IMG/VR virus record: IMGVR_UViG_3300025398_000067
Span: 1 to 28,929 of that record
Origin: a virus
Taxonomy: Duplodnaviria; Caudoviricetes
Reading direction: 5' to 3' (one strand)
Length of the DNA stretch: 28,929 nucleotides
This document shows positions 1 through 8,131 of this stretch, piece by piece (the first letter of the stretch is position 1; the number at the start of each line of letters is the position of its first letter). Both the position numbers and the translations under genes were made by a program. Below the pieces are notes generated by a model, which was given only the letters and a program-made list of their open reading frames with translations, did not search any database and was not told where the DNA came from.

Positions 1-19
1 GAACGAACTCGACAATGAA

Positions 20-52
20 ATTGTACCATCACGCTTGCTTCGACTTTGTCAA
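20..52 (-). promoter_or_regulatory. Putative late promoter reading out of the window (extended -10 TGnTACAAT, with TTGACA 21 bp upstream)
   Basis: Minus strand reads TTGACA(52-47)-N21-TACAAT(25-20), with TGG immediately before TACAAT. It sits just past the stop of the last early gene, where packaging genes would follow in a circular map. Confidence 0.5.
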
Positions 53-58
53 ATCGTT

Positions 59-805
59 TCAACGCTTGGCTTGAAAGTCTATGAGGTCATAGGAGGACAT
101 CATCTTCTTGACCTTGTGACGGCGAGCGAATTGATGGACTGCCTTCACCGTCATTCTGAAATAGATTGCTATCGCCTCGGCATCTAGCCACACCTCTTGG
201 CGAGAAGACATGGCAACCGCCATCAGGCGAATGGTGTTCCATTGATTGCCACACTTTCGGCAGTCGAAGAGGTCTAGTGGATCATCATGGTTGATTGTCA
301 GGAAGTTGCCACAGATGGAATCTGGCATCTCGGTCGGACAGGCAATCTTGTGCTTCTTCTCGACAAAGGAGCGAGATGCTGCAATTCCTGTCGAATGAAG
401 CTCTCGAACCTCTCGGGCGAACTCGCCAATCCAATCCTGCTTTCCTGACCATGACAGATGGGTCTGGTGAAACTTGATGGTTGCCTGAATCTTCTTCTCA
501 AGGGCAGATGGTGGAATGAAGGCTGGTGGAACCAATTTGCGATCTGCTCGGATGAGTTTTTCCCACTCATGCAGAATCCCGAGGATGTCATCTCCTGCGA
601 TGAAGGAGAGGGCATTGACATTGACTCCGATGGTGCGCTCGCTACTTCTAGCCCCCGACCCACTTCGACCGGGTAGGAGTTCAGAGTGAGCGCCTTTCCA
701 GAATTCCATCAAGTCATCGAGCTGAGAGTGAATCTTGGTGTGACATCGCTGGCAGATGCCGTCGTGCTGGATGGCTCGGTTACAGAGTCGGCATTGGTTA
801 TCCAT
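59..805 (-). CDS. Zn-binding protein with C-terminal HTH-like segment; possible late transcription regulator
   Basis: 248 aa. N-terminal CxxC..CxxC, internal CP..C..CxxC, C-terminal WLDAEAIAIYFRMTVKAVHQFARRH resembling an HTH. Start overlaps the upstream stop. Confidence 0.7.
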   Translation of the reverse strand: MDNQCRLCNRAIQHDGICQRCHTKIHSQLDDLMEFWKGAHSELLPGRSGSGARSSERTIGVNVNALSFIAGDDILGILHEWEKLIRADRKLVPPAFIPPSALEKKIQATIKFHQTHLSWSGKQDWIGEFAREVRELHSTGIAASRSFVEKKHKIACPTEMPDSICGNFLTINHDDPLDLFDCRKCGNQWNTIRLMAVAMSSRQEVWLDAEAIAIYFRMTVKAVHQFARRHKVKKMMSSYDLIDFQAKR

Positions 806-1146
806 CAGAATGGGAATCCTTCGCTTGAGTAGGTGACGGGTTCAGGTTTGCGAAATAGTTCATGCGGGATGGTGAAGTCGAGCTGGTCGCATTCATGAGC
901 AGCGAGAACGATTTCTGATCCATCCGACTTCTCAATCTCGGCCAGCCCCCGCATCTTGACCAGTTGCTCCCTGGTCGTCTGGAAGATGCGAACCCCTCTG
1001 CCCCTTGCTAGGAACTCGGCCTCAAAGTTGAGTGGAGTTGGCGCAAGTTTGACGGCGAAGCCGATGACATGGCACGACCAGATCGCCGACTTGCACTTGG
1101 CACAGAAGTCAGGAATTGGGGATGTTGAGATGAAACTTTTATTCAT
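805..1146 (-). CDS. Hypothetical protein (CxxC ... HxC)
   Basis: 113 aa, translationally coupled to 59..805 (TGATG overlap). Confidence 0.7.
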   Translation of the reverse strand: MNKSFISTSPIPDFCAKCKSAIWSCHVIGFAVKLAPTPLNFEAEFLARGRGVRIFQTTREQLVKMRGLAEIEKSDGSEIVLAAHECDQLDFTIPHELFRKPEPVTYSSEGFPF

Positions 1147-1162
1147 TCAACACCCACCCCAC

Positions 1163-1347
1163 CCCTTCCCTTTCCCCCTATAGAGGGGGGAAAGAGGGAA
1201 AGGGTCATGGGAAATTTTGCCATTTGACCCTTTCCCGCTTTTGGGAAAGGGTGGGAAAGGGTCAAATTGAGCGTGAATTTTGGGAAAGGGTGGGAAAGGG
1301 TCGTTGGCAGAATGACCAAATCCTCGGGAAAGGGTCGGGAAAGGGTC
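1163..1347. repeat. GGGAAAGGGT(C) repeat array; putative replication origin (iterons)
   Basis: Seven direct copies at 1196, 1243, 1253, 1282, 1292, 1326 and 1337, one inverted copy at 1226-1236, and an inverted partial copy at 1163-1176. Directly downstream of the primase-helicase gene. Confidence 0.8.
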
Positions 1348-1359
1348 GTTTTTGGACAC

Positions 1360-3465
1360 TTATGCATTGTCAGCTTCTTGCCAATCAAAGGAGCGAATGC
1401 CCCCGACCTTGTCTTCTGCCTCCCGATATGAGCGAAGCAATTTGAGATTGAGTGAATTGCGAGCGCCATGCTCTATGACCACGAACTTCTCATCAATGAG
1501 ATTCTGGATCGCAACCATTACCCACTCTGCCTTGCCCTTGACATCCTTGATAACTGCCGATTTCGACAATGGCGTGGATGCCCCTTCAAGGAGTCTGCTG
1601 ACCGATTCCATGAGATGAGTAGGTCTGGTCTTATCGGTGTTCATCATCGGAGCTTCAATCTTCATTGTCACCGATCCATCAGCTGTGGATGTCAGCAAGA
1701 CCATTCCAGCAATCTTGGCTTCCTTGGAATTGGCTCTGACATGACCCGGGCGGTCTTTCGTCACCTTCAGATTCAATTCTCCCGACATTCCTCGACCGAA
1801 TGGCATGACCACTTCCACCGAGATTGCCACGCCATTGATGTCAGCTCTTTTGGCTTGAGCGCCGATGGCGTAGTTGCCCCGACCCTCTTTGCTCTTGGTG
1901 ACATGGTCAATGGTGCAGACCGCTGCCCCAGAGTTTGCCAATGGTCGAAGGAGTTGCTGGCTGAAGTAGGTGGCATCCTTGTTGGAGGTCAAATCTAGCC
2001 CTAGAAGGGTCATGGCAGCGTTCACGCCATCAACGATGACCAGTTCAGGCTTGAATGCGACAAGTCCATCCACAAGGTCTCCTCGCGCCTCTGGTGACAA
2101 GTCTTGGTCAGGGTTGGCATATTGGAATGAGGCGAATTGAATGTCTGTGACTCCGAGAGAACGAAGTCTGGAAAGAATGCCTCGCCCCGAATCCTCAAAG
2201 TCCAAATATATGACCTTCTGCTCTACTTCCAACGCTTGCTTGACGGCGAGCAGCGCCACCCAAGTCTTGCCCGATTCTGATTCGCCCAGGAGTGCATTGA
2301 TTTTGCCCCGATAGAACAATCGATGTCCATCGCTTCGAGATAGGAATTCGGGCGCTGGCTCCTCTTGCGTGTTGTCGAGGTCAAGTGGCTTTGGGAACCA
2401 ACTGGTGCGCTCTCTTGGAATCTCGATGTGATCTGAATCAAGGTCGGGAACTAGCGCCAAATTTGGAGTTGAATTTGGAGCAAGCAATTCGCCCAGAGTC
2501 GGCATCGGCGATGCTTTGCCATAGCCCAAGCCTTTCAATGCGCGAGCAGCCTCAGAGAAGTCATCGCCATGATTGAGATGGGCGAATGCTGCGAATTTGG
2601 AATACGCCTTCTCCTGCTCGAATGTCGTCGAGGTGGTGAAGACATAGAGATTGCCCGTTGAAACTTTTGTGGTCGCTGAGATTCCGAACTTCTTGCCTGG
2701 TCGTGTCCAGTAGGTCGTGTCACCCGATGTGAATGCAACCTTCCAGCCAACTGGCTCGAGGATTTCCTTCCAAGTCGCTCTTGCGTTGAAGTCATCACCC
2801 GGGCGCGATCCATCGTGAGTTGCTGGCTCTGATAACGAGCTGACGACTGCTTCCTTCTTGGGCATGGAATCAAAGGCTGAGAAGACCGAAAGGATTGCCT
2901 CATTCTCTTCACCCGAAAGCATCGGAATTGTCGCTGGCGATCCTTTGAGCAATTGCCAACTCTTGCCCGACGGATGCACCGAACCATGAGAAGGAGATGT
3001 GACAACGAAGCCACCTTCACCTCTTGTCTCTGCCAAGACTTCAACTGTGTCATTCGCACCAGGTCTCCGAGCAAGTTTGGTGTTGCCCGGAACTGGCTCA
3101 TCTGCCAATCGCCATAGCCAATGCAGACCGCCCGTTGGAGTTATCTCGACATAACCATTGGAGATGATTGTCCAGAGTTCACCGAGTCCAGAGCTGAAGG
3201 CCATCTCTCTGGCTTGCTCCAAGATGCCACCTTCAACGGCGCGACCTTCCAGTTCTACCATCAAGAGATTGCCAGAGACCAGACCTGTGATGATGCCGAT
3301 TCCTTGGCCGTCACCGCTGAACCATTCGATGACTTGCTCTCGGCTTGGGCGAGTGACTTGATATTGCTTCCACGATCCGATGGGAGATTTTGACCCGTCA
3401 GCCTTTGCAGGGATGACACAGACACCAGCATCGTGGAAGTCGAGTGCTGCTTGAAGAAGACTCAT
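1360..3465 (-). CDS. Bifunctional primase-polymerase fused to AAA/RecA-like helicase
   Basis: N-terminal prim-pol motifs (VIPAKADGSKSP, GIGIITG, EITPTGGLHW, ETRGEGGFVV). Walker A GESESGKT, Walker B LVIVDG, IDHVTK and GAQAK motifs. Confidence 0.9.
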   Translation of the reverse strand: MSLLQAALDFHDAGVCVIPAKADGSKSPIGSWKQYQVTRPSREQVIEWFSGDGQGIGIITGLVSGNLLMVELEGRAVEGGILEQAREMAFSSGLGELWTIISNGYVEITPTGGLHWLWRLADEPVPGNTKLARRPGANDTVEVLAETRGEGGFVVTSPSHGSVHPSGKSWQLLKGSPATIPMLSGEENEAILSVFSAFDSMPKKEAVVSSLSEPATHDGSRPGDDFNARATWKEILEPVGWKVAFTSGDTTYWTRPGKKFGISATTKVSTGNLYVFTTSTTFEQEKAYSKFAAFAHLNHGDDFSEAARALKGLGYGKASPMPTLGELLAPNSTPNLALVPDLDSDHIEIPRERTSWFPKPLDLDNTQEEPAPEFLSRSDGHRLFYRGKINALLGESESGKTWVALLAVKQALEVEQKVIYLDFEDSGRGILSRLRSLGVTDIQFASFQYANPDQDLSPEARGDLVDGLVAFKPELVIVDGVNAAMTLLGLDLTSNKDATYFSQQLLRPLANSGAAVCTIDHVTKSKEGRGNYAIGAQAKRADINGVAISVEVVMPFGRGMSGELNLKVTKDRPGHVRANSKEAKIAGMVLLTSTADGSVTMKIEAPMMNTDKTRPTHLMESVSRLLEGASTPLSKSAVIKDVKGKAEWVMVAIQNLIDEKFVVIEHGARNSLNLKLLRSYREAEDKVGGIRSFDWQEADNA

Positions 3466-4733
3466 TCTGATTCTTTCATTGCAAAATCAATCCGCGCTCT
3501 AGCAATCTCGACATATTCTGCCGACTGCTCGATTCCGATGAAGTTGAAACCCTCATAAGCACACGCCTTGCCAGTTGAGCCTGACCCCATGAATGGGTCG
3601 AGGACTGTGCCGTTTGGCGGTGTGATGAGCTTGACGAGGTATTGCATCAACGAGGTCGGCTTGACGGTTGGGTGGTGGTTCACCTTCAGCGTGTTCGAGC
3701 GATTCCGAGGATTGGAACCCCCTTTCTTCCCCTCTGCTCTTCCATCGTGTTCGCGAACTGCCTCAAATCCATCCAGCCCCTCATTGCGATCGCGTTTGGA
3801 GGTCTTGGCGCAATAGAAGAATCGAGCTGCGCTGCCAGAGTCATCAAATCCTCGAACTGTGTCAAAGTCGGGATTGCCGTCACCGAATACCTCTGACCCA
3901 TTGAATCCAACACCGCGATTTGATTTCTGCGACTTCGTATCAGGAAACAACGCCACAACCTCATCGCTGCCATCGTGAATGAAGTTGGCAGGGAAGCGGC
4001 CTGCGGAATTATCAGGTCGCGCAAGTTCTTTGCGCCCACCATCTTCAACATCAGGCATATTGCCCACATTGTTTACTGTAACTTTGCCTTGTGGGGTTGC
4101 GCTTGCTTTATCAACTTCAGATTGAAATTCAACCCGCGACCCATCAATGTTCAACCCACCCACGCCATAGGTCAGCACATTGTTGGCAACAGTTCCGACA
4201 ATCGGTTTGCGAGCAAGCACCATCGGCTCGTGCGCTGGCTTGAGCGCCGTTCCCCAGCCTTGCCATTGCTTTGCTGAGTCGGTGATTGCAACATCATCTG
4301 CAACCATCGCCATTTCTCCACCTTTTGCACCGCCACCATAATTTCCACTGCCTGATGCAATAGCAACCCATTTCAAATCCCTGTTGCGCTCCGCACCTGC
4401 CGACTTGTCAATCGCCTTTGAGATATCCAGCGACTTCGGGAATCCCGATCCATAGACCCACATAATCTGGTCGCGGATTTGAAAACCTGCATCTTCAATC
4501 GCAACTGCCATGCGGTGATAAGTGCGAGAGCCAGAGAAGGCGATGAGATGACCGCCCGGCTTCAAGACTCGAAGCGCCTCGCGCCAGACCTCGACATTGA
4601 AGGCGATGCCAGATGCATCCCATGACTTGCCCATGAATCCGAGTTCGTAGGGAGGATCGGTGACGATGGAATCCACCGAGTTGTCGGGCATCTCCTTCAT
4701 TGCTGCGATGCAGTCATTGTTGATGAGCTTCAT
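3462..4733 (-). CDS. DNA methyltransferase, N6-adenine/N4-cytosine family (beta class)
   Basis: TDPPY catalytic motif near the N-terminus; HPTVKP and DPFMGSGSTG SAM-binding motif near the C-terminus. Confidence 0.93.
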   Translation of the reverse strand: MKLINNDCIAAMKEMPDNSVDSIVTDPPYELGFMGKSWDASGIAFNVEVWREALRVLKPGGHLIAFSGSRTYHRMAVAIEDAGFQIRDQIMWVYGSGFPKSLDISKAIDKSAGAERNRDLKWVAIASGSGNYGGGAKGGEMAMVADDVAITDSAKQWQGWGTALKPAHEPMVLARKPIVGTVANNVLTYGVGGLNIDGSRVEFQSEVDKASATPQGKVTVNNVGNMPDVEDGGRKELARPDNSAGRFPANFIHDGSDEVVALFPDTKSQKSNRGVGFNGSEVFGDGNPDFDTVRGFDDSGSAARFFYCAKTSKRDRNEGLDGFEAVREHDGRAEGKKGGSNPRNRSNTLKVNHHPTVKPTSLMQYLVKLITPPNGTVLDPFMGSGSTGKACAYEGFNFIGIEQSAEYVEIARARIDFAMKESE

Positions 4734-4906
4734 TTCTTTCCCCCTGCTTTCATTTTCATTCGGCGCTTGCTGATGGTGAATCCGTTGTCATTCAATTCCT
4801 TGAGCATTGCTCTGGTCACTCTGATTGGCGTGTCTGGAAGGTGGAACTGAAACTGCTTCCACAATCGGCTGGCAATCAATCGTTCGGCTTCCTCAACCTC
4901 GGTCAC
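4730..4906 (-). CDS. Hypothetical protein (~58 aa)
   Basis: GTG start overlaps the upstream TGA (GTGA) with GGGAG upstream. Stop overlaps the methyltransferase ATG. Confidence 0.55.
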   Translation of the reverse strand: MTEVEEAERLIASRLWKQFQFHLPDTPIRVTRAMLKELNDNGFTISKRRMKMKAGGKK

Positions 4907-5034
4907 ATCACTCCCTGCCATGCTTCTCTGATGTGGTCATCACACCATTGGCGAGTGTCGGGATAGGAGCAGCCATCGGTGTGACCTTCGACAATGACCT
5001 TGACAACTAGCTCTGGCTCATTTTCTTCATTCAT
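4903..5034 (-). CDS. Hypothetical protein (43 aa)
   Basis: ATGA overlap with the upstream gene; fills the gap in a coupled gene chain. Confidence 0.5.
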   Translation of the reverse strand: MNEENEPELVVKVIVEGHTDGCSYPDTRQWCDDHIREAWQGVM

Positions 5035-5252
5035 TCCCCTGCCTCCATAGTCCATTGATTCTCTTGCCATCGCGTGTGGTAATGGCACAAGTTGATGATG
5101 CCAAGACCCGAAGTGTTATAGTCGAAATAGAGAGCGAAGTCTGACTTCTCATCGCATCGCTCAATCATCCCTTCGGCATTCTCGAACATGAATCCGCAAG
5201 CAGGTTGGAATGGCATGGTGCGCTTCCAATGTGCTGGTCTGACCTTTGCCAT
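5031..5252 (-). CDS. Hypothetical protein (73 aa, C..C..CxxH)
   Basis: Start re-called at MAKVRP behind CAGGGGATGAG RBS; the longer ORF call runs through the tRNA-like element. Confidence 0.6.
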   Translation of the reverse strand: MAKVRPAHWKRTMPFQPACGFMFENAEGMIERCDEKSDFALYFDYNTSGLGIINLCHYHTRWQENQWTMEAGE

Positions 5253-5276
5253 CTCATCCCCTGCCTGTTGTTGTTG

Positions 5277-5334
5277 TGCGGTGTCGGGAGTTGAACCCGA
5301 ATCGCTTCCCCACGATCGCGAACCTGCCACCGCT
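5277..5334 (-). ncRNA. tRNA-like mini-RNA (acceptor-like stem plus canonical T-arm, no D-arm stem)
   Basis: GCGGTG...CACCGC 6-bp stem, TCGGG-TTCAACT-CCCGA T-arm, central ATCGT-GGGGAA-GCGAT hairpin. Lies in an intergenic gap. Confidence 0.55.
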
Positions 5335-5335
5335 A

Positions 5336-5367
5336 TCATCACCGACTTTCCCCAAAGTCAGCAACGA
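5336..5367 (-). other. Stem-loop directly upstream of the tRNA-like element
   Basis: TCGTTGCTGACTTT-GGGG-AAAGTCGGTGATGA pairs over 14 bp using G-U wobbles, on the minus strand only. Confidence 0.55.
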
Positions 5368-5373
5368 ATGTCT

Positions 5374-5841
5374 TTATCCCTGGATGGGAGTTGCTCCGAG
5401 CTTTGCAAGCAATGCCAACTGCTCGGCATTGAGTGTTGCAGCCGTAGGCGCTGGCGCTGCCTGTGGCGTTGCTGGTGCAAGTGATCCTGCAAGATATGCA
5501 GTCGCCTTGGCTACTGCATCAGCATCGCCTGTCGCATCGACAAGAATCCAAGGTGCGCTCTTGCCCGGCTTTGCTACTCCCTGACCGATTCGAGCGAGAA
5601 CGGACTTGCCGATGTTTGGCTTGAGTGCCGAACGGAGTGCGACATTGAAGAAGAGAACTGAGTTGTGTTCAGTTCCTGCATCCAAGTCCACCAAATCAAC
5701 CTCGATTGCCTCTGCCTCGCCAAGAGAGGTTGTGATGCCTGTCTTGTATTCAACAGGCTTGATGATCAACAGATGACCTTGAAGGTCTGCTGGCTTTACG
5801 GATTCGCCTGATGTTGCTGGCGATGAGAATGGATTTGTCAT
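5374..5841 (-). CDS. Putative ssDNA-binding protein (actinophage type)
   Basis: 155 aa beta-rich core (DLQGHLLIIKP, VLARIGQG, APWIL) with Ala/Pro-rich tail. Lies downstream of the exonuclease in the recombination/replication arm. Confidence 0.55.
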   Translation of the reverse strand: MTNPFSSPATSGESVKPADLQGHLLIIKPVEYKTGITTSLGEAEAIEVDLVDLDAGTEHNSVLFFNVALRSALKPNIGKSVLARIGQGVAKPGKSAPWILVDATGDADAVAKATAYLAGSLAPATPQAAPAPTAATLNAEQLALLAKLGATPIQG

Positions 5842-5898
5842 CTGACAATCCCCTTTTCTTTGTGTTTGGGTGGTGCAATCCCAACGGCGTTGGGAAAT

Positions 5899-6018
5899 CT
5901 ATTTTGTGCCGAATCGCTTGTCTTGGCATTGCTTGCAATAGAAGGTGAGGCCGATGATGTAGGTGATCGGCTTGACCTCTTTGCATCCTGAGCAAGTGTT
6001 CTCATAAACCATTGTCAT
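5899..6018 (-). CDS. Small Zn-finger protein (39 aa)
   Basis: MTMVYENTCSGC...YCKQC behind GAGGGGA RBS. Confidence 0.55.
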   Translation of the reverse strand: MTMVYENTCSGCKEVKPITYIIGLTFYCKQCQDKRFGTK

Positions 6019-6020
6019 GG

Positions 6021-6206
6021 CTATCCCCTCGAGTCTGTCTTGTAGAATCCCGACCCCTTGAAGTGGATTGGGGTTGCTGAGAATAGTCTTTCCATCTCGA
6101 CAAGACAATCCCCACAGGTGGGATTCTTGGCGGTGTCTGAGATACGGCGCGAGACCTCGATGCGAGCTGAGCAGCGTGGGCATCGGAATTCATATGTTGG
6201 ACTCAT
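6021..6206 (-). CDS. FmdB-family zinc-ribbon protein
   Basis: MSPTYEFRCPRC...CGDC...IHFKGSGFYKTD matches the family signature; ATGA overlap at the start. Confidence 0.88.
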   Translation of the reverse strand: MSPTYEFRCPRCSARIEVSRRISDTAKNPTCGDCLVEMERLFSATPIHFKGSGFYKTDSRG

Positions 6207-6427
6207 CCGAGTGCCTCCACAATGGCTTGAATGGTTGGGCAAGGATAAGACAGCTGATAAGGACCTATATTTGTCCACTCTTCGCAAGCGGAGCAGACAA
6301 TTTCCCCAACACCAAACAGATGTGGTTGATGCAATTTCACTACTGCACGAAGGGCTGAAAGACTCGCCATTGTTTGGATGAAGGTGTGACCGTTTTCAAT
6401 CCTTGCCAGCAATTCATCGTGGTTCAT
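6203..6427 (-). CDS. Hypothetical phage protein (H..CxxC..YPCPT)
   Basis: 74 aa from MNHDEL; ATGA overlaps at both ends. Confidence 0.7.
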   Translation of the reverse strand: MNHDELLARIENGHTFIQTMASLSALRAVVKLHQPHLFGVGEIVCSACEEWTNIGPYQLSYPCPTIQAIVEALG

Positions 6428-6603
6428 TCTTCCCATCCTCCATCTCGAATGAATTGAGCAATCCCCTTGAGGTCTGCCACTTGGTAGGGAGAACCATCAA
6501 CATCTTTCACGGTCTGACCACGCCACTTGGAGAGCTGAGTGGCAAGGCGTTCGCGATCTGCTTGGACTGCTTCCTTGACGATGATTTCGATTGTCTTCTC
6601 CAT
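6424..6603 (-). CDS. Hypothetical protein (59 aa)
   Basis: Start MEKTIE overlaps the exonuclease stop (TGATG). Confidence 0.6.
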   Translation of the reverse strand: MEKTIEIIVKEAVQADRERLATQLSKWRGQTVKDVDGSPYQVADLKGIAQFIRDGGWEE

Positions 6604-7340
6604 CACGCAACTTCCTTTTCGCCCGGGCATCCAAAGAATGCATCTGTTGAATTTGGCAAGAACCAAGGACAATAGATGCAGTTCCGAGATGGCGCTGCTG
6701 GTATCAAATTCCAATGATTCGGATTGGCTTCTGGGTCGAGCTGCCAAAGCAAGACTTTGGTGTCCTCAAGGCGTTCAATCGCATCGAGTGCGAGTTGGCG
6801 ATTGTATGGCTCGACGATGGTGTGAAGCCCGTCAAGGCGACCGCCGAGTGGATAGCAAGCAAGGGCAACGCTCTTGACTTCATATCCTTGGCGCTCCATC
6901 CCGAGGCCATACAAGTTCACCTGGACTCGCTGCTGGTGAGTCATGCCATCACGCTTTCGTGATTTCATGGAGGTTGCCCCCATGCACTTGTGGTCAATCA
7001 CCATGCCGAGCTGAATGTCGAAGAGGTCAGATGTGCCACCGAGTTCATCGGTGACATTGACTGGATGCTCGACCAGATACCGATCAGGAAACTCACCGAA
7101 TGCTTCAGCAAGCCAGGAATGGATGGCAGTTCCAGAGATGGATGCCCAAGGGTCAGATTGCTGGTTGGTTGTGTTCCAGTCGAGCATCTTGTAGATATGC
7201 TTCCGAACGCATACTTCGCCGACCTCGCTCAAGCCAATGCGCTTCTGTTTGGATCGTGGAGCATTGCTTGCCCGATTGTTCACGACATTCTGAATTCGGA
7301 TTGCAAGACTGGTGGCTTCATCGCCAATCGGTGTGAACAT
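6603..7340 (-). CDS. Cas4-like / RecB-type PD-(D/E)xK exonuclease
   Basis: SEVGEVC, GTAIH, GTSD..VIDHK, QVNLYG and C-terminal CxxC....C (four Cys, Fe-S type). Confidence 0.85.
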   Translation of the reverse strand: MFTPIGDEATSLAIRIQNVVNNRASNAPRSKQKRIGLSEVGEVCVRKHIYKMLDWNTTNQQSDPWASISGTAIHSWLAEAFGEFPDRYLVEHPVNVTDELGGTSDLFDIQLGMVIDHKCMGATSMKSRKRDGMTHQQRVQVNLYGLGMERQGYEVKSVALACYPLGGRLDGLHTIVEPYNRQLALDAIERLEDTKVLLWQLDPEANPNHWNLIPAAPSRNCIYCPWFLPNSTDAFFGCPGEKEVA

Positions 7341-7654
7341 TACGCCTCATCCACGATGGAGAATCGGCGAGTGATTTGCTCGGTCTCAAGGATTGCCAAC
7401 AGTTCGGGAAGCAGGATTTCTCTTGCTCTCTTTGTATCGATGCGAGTGCTTTTCACTGTTGTCCAGCGAACTGCTTCCCGACCATTGACAAGACCAATTT
7501 CGTGTTCCCCGAGTGCTGCCTCGACTTGTTGGCGAGCGATGTCGGCCTTCTCCGACCATTCCTTCACCTTTGCCTTGGCCTCAATATATGCGGCAAGGAA
7601 GGCGCTGGCGGTTGGGTCGAGATCGACCATCGCTAGATTGATTTCTGTGGACAT
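7340..7654 (-). CDS. Hypothetical protein, coiled-coil, exonuclease-associated
   Basis: 104 aa, strong CAGGGGGAA RBS, TAATG overlap with the exonuclease. Confidence 0.75.
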   Translation of the reverse strand: MSTEINLAMVDLDPTASAFLAAYIEAKAKVKEWSEKADIARQQVEAALGEHEIGLVNGREAVRWTTVKSTRIDTKRAREILLPELLAILETEQITRRFSIVDEA

Positions 7655-7681
7655 TGTTTCCCCCTGTTGTTGTGTGTTGGC

Positions 7682-8131
7682 TTACCAGTAGTAGTGCTTT
7701 TGCCAGAATGCTTTGGCAGCGCAAGCGCCGTCGGAACCATAGTGGCGTGAAATGTAGGCGATTGCTGCGACAACCTGAGCCATCGGATCGGCAGAATGCT
7801 TGAGGCCGATGTTGGCATAAGTTGAAGCCAAGAGCTGACCGATACCGCGAGCCGAAGAAGTTGGGTTCTTGGCATAAGGGTCGGTATGGCTTTCCTTCTC
7901 GAATATCCAGAGCAAGCAACTGGCTTGGCGCTTGGTCATCAATTCATTGACGAACTTGATGACGACGGCCTTGTCTGTGGTCACAGTTGATGGCTTGATG
8001 GTGACTGTATGGACGACGATTGGAGTGTCAATGATTTTCTGCTCGGATTGGTAGGTCTTGACGCAACCGACGAGCAAGCCAGCCGAAAGGATGGCGCTAG
8101 TGAACGCGATGAAGATTCTTTTCTGACTCAT
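7682..8131 (-). CDS. Lytic transglycosylase (SLT/Rpf-like), predicted lipoprotein
   Basis: KES catalytic Glu, NPTSSARGIGQ, YISRHYGS. Basic-hydrophobic N-terminus ending in lipobox LVG-C. Confidence 0.85.
   Translation of the reverse strand: MSQKRIFIAFTSAILSAGLLVGCVKTYQSEQKIIDTPIVVHTVTIKPSTVTTDKAVVIKFVNELMTKRQASCLLWIFEKESHTDPYAKNPTSSARGIGQLLASTYANIGLKHSADPMAQVVAAIAYISRHYGSDGACAAKAFWQKHYYW

Noticed and set aside
1163-1347. Repeat array as a CRISPR array
   Set aside because: Units are only 10-11 bp, occur as doublets and in both orientations, with irregular spacing; no cas operon.
5277-5334. Canonical tRNA gene or attP site
   Set aside because: Too short, no D-stem, 6-nt central loop, no CCA; no integrase in the window.
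6603-7340. Cas4-like gene as evidence of a CRISPR-Cas system
   Set aside because: Solo Cas4/RecB-like exonucleases are ordinary phage recombination genes; no cas1/cas2 or array is present.
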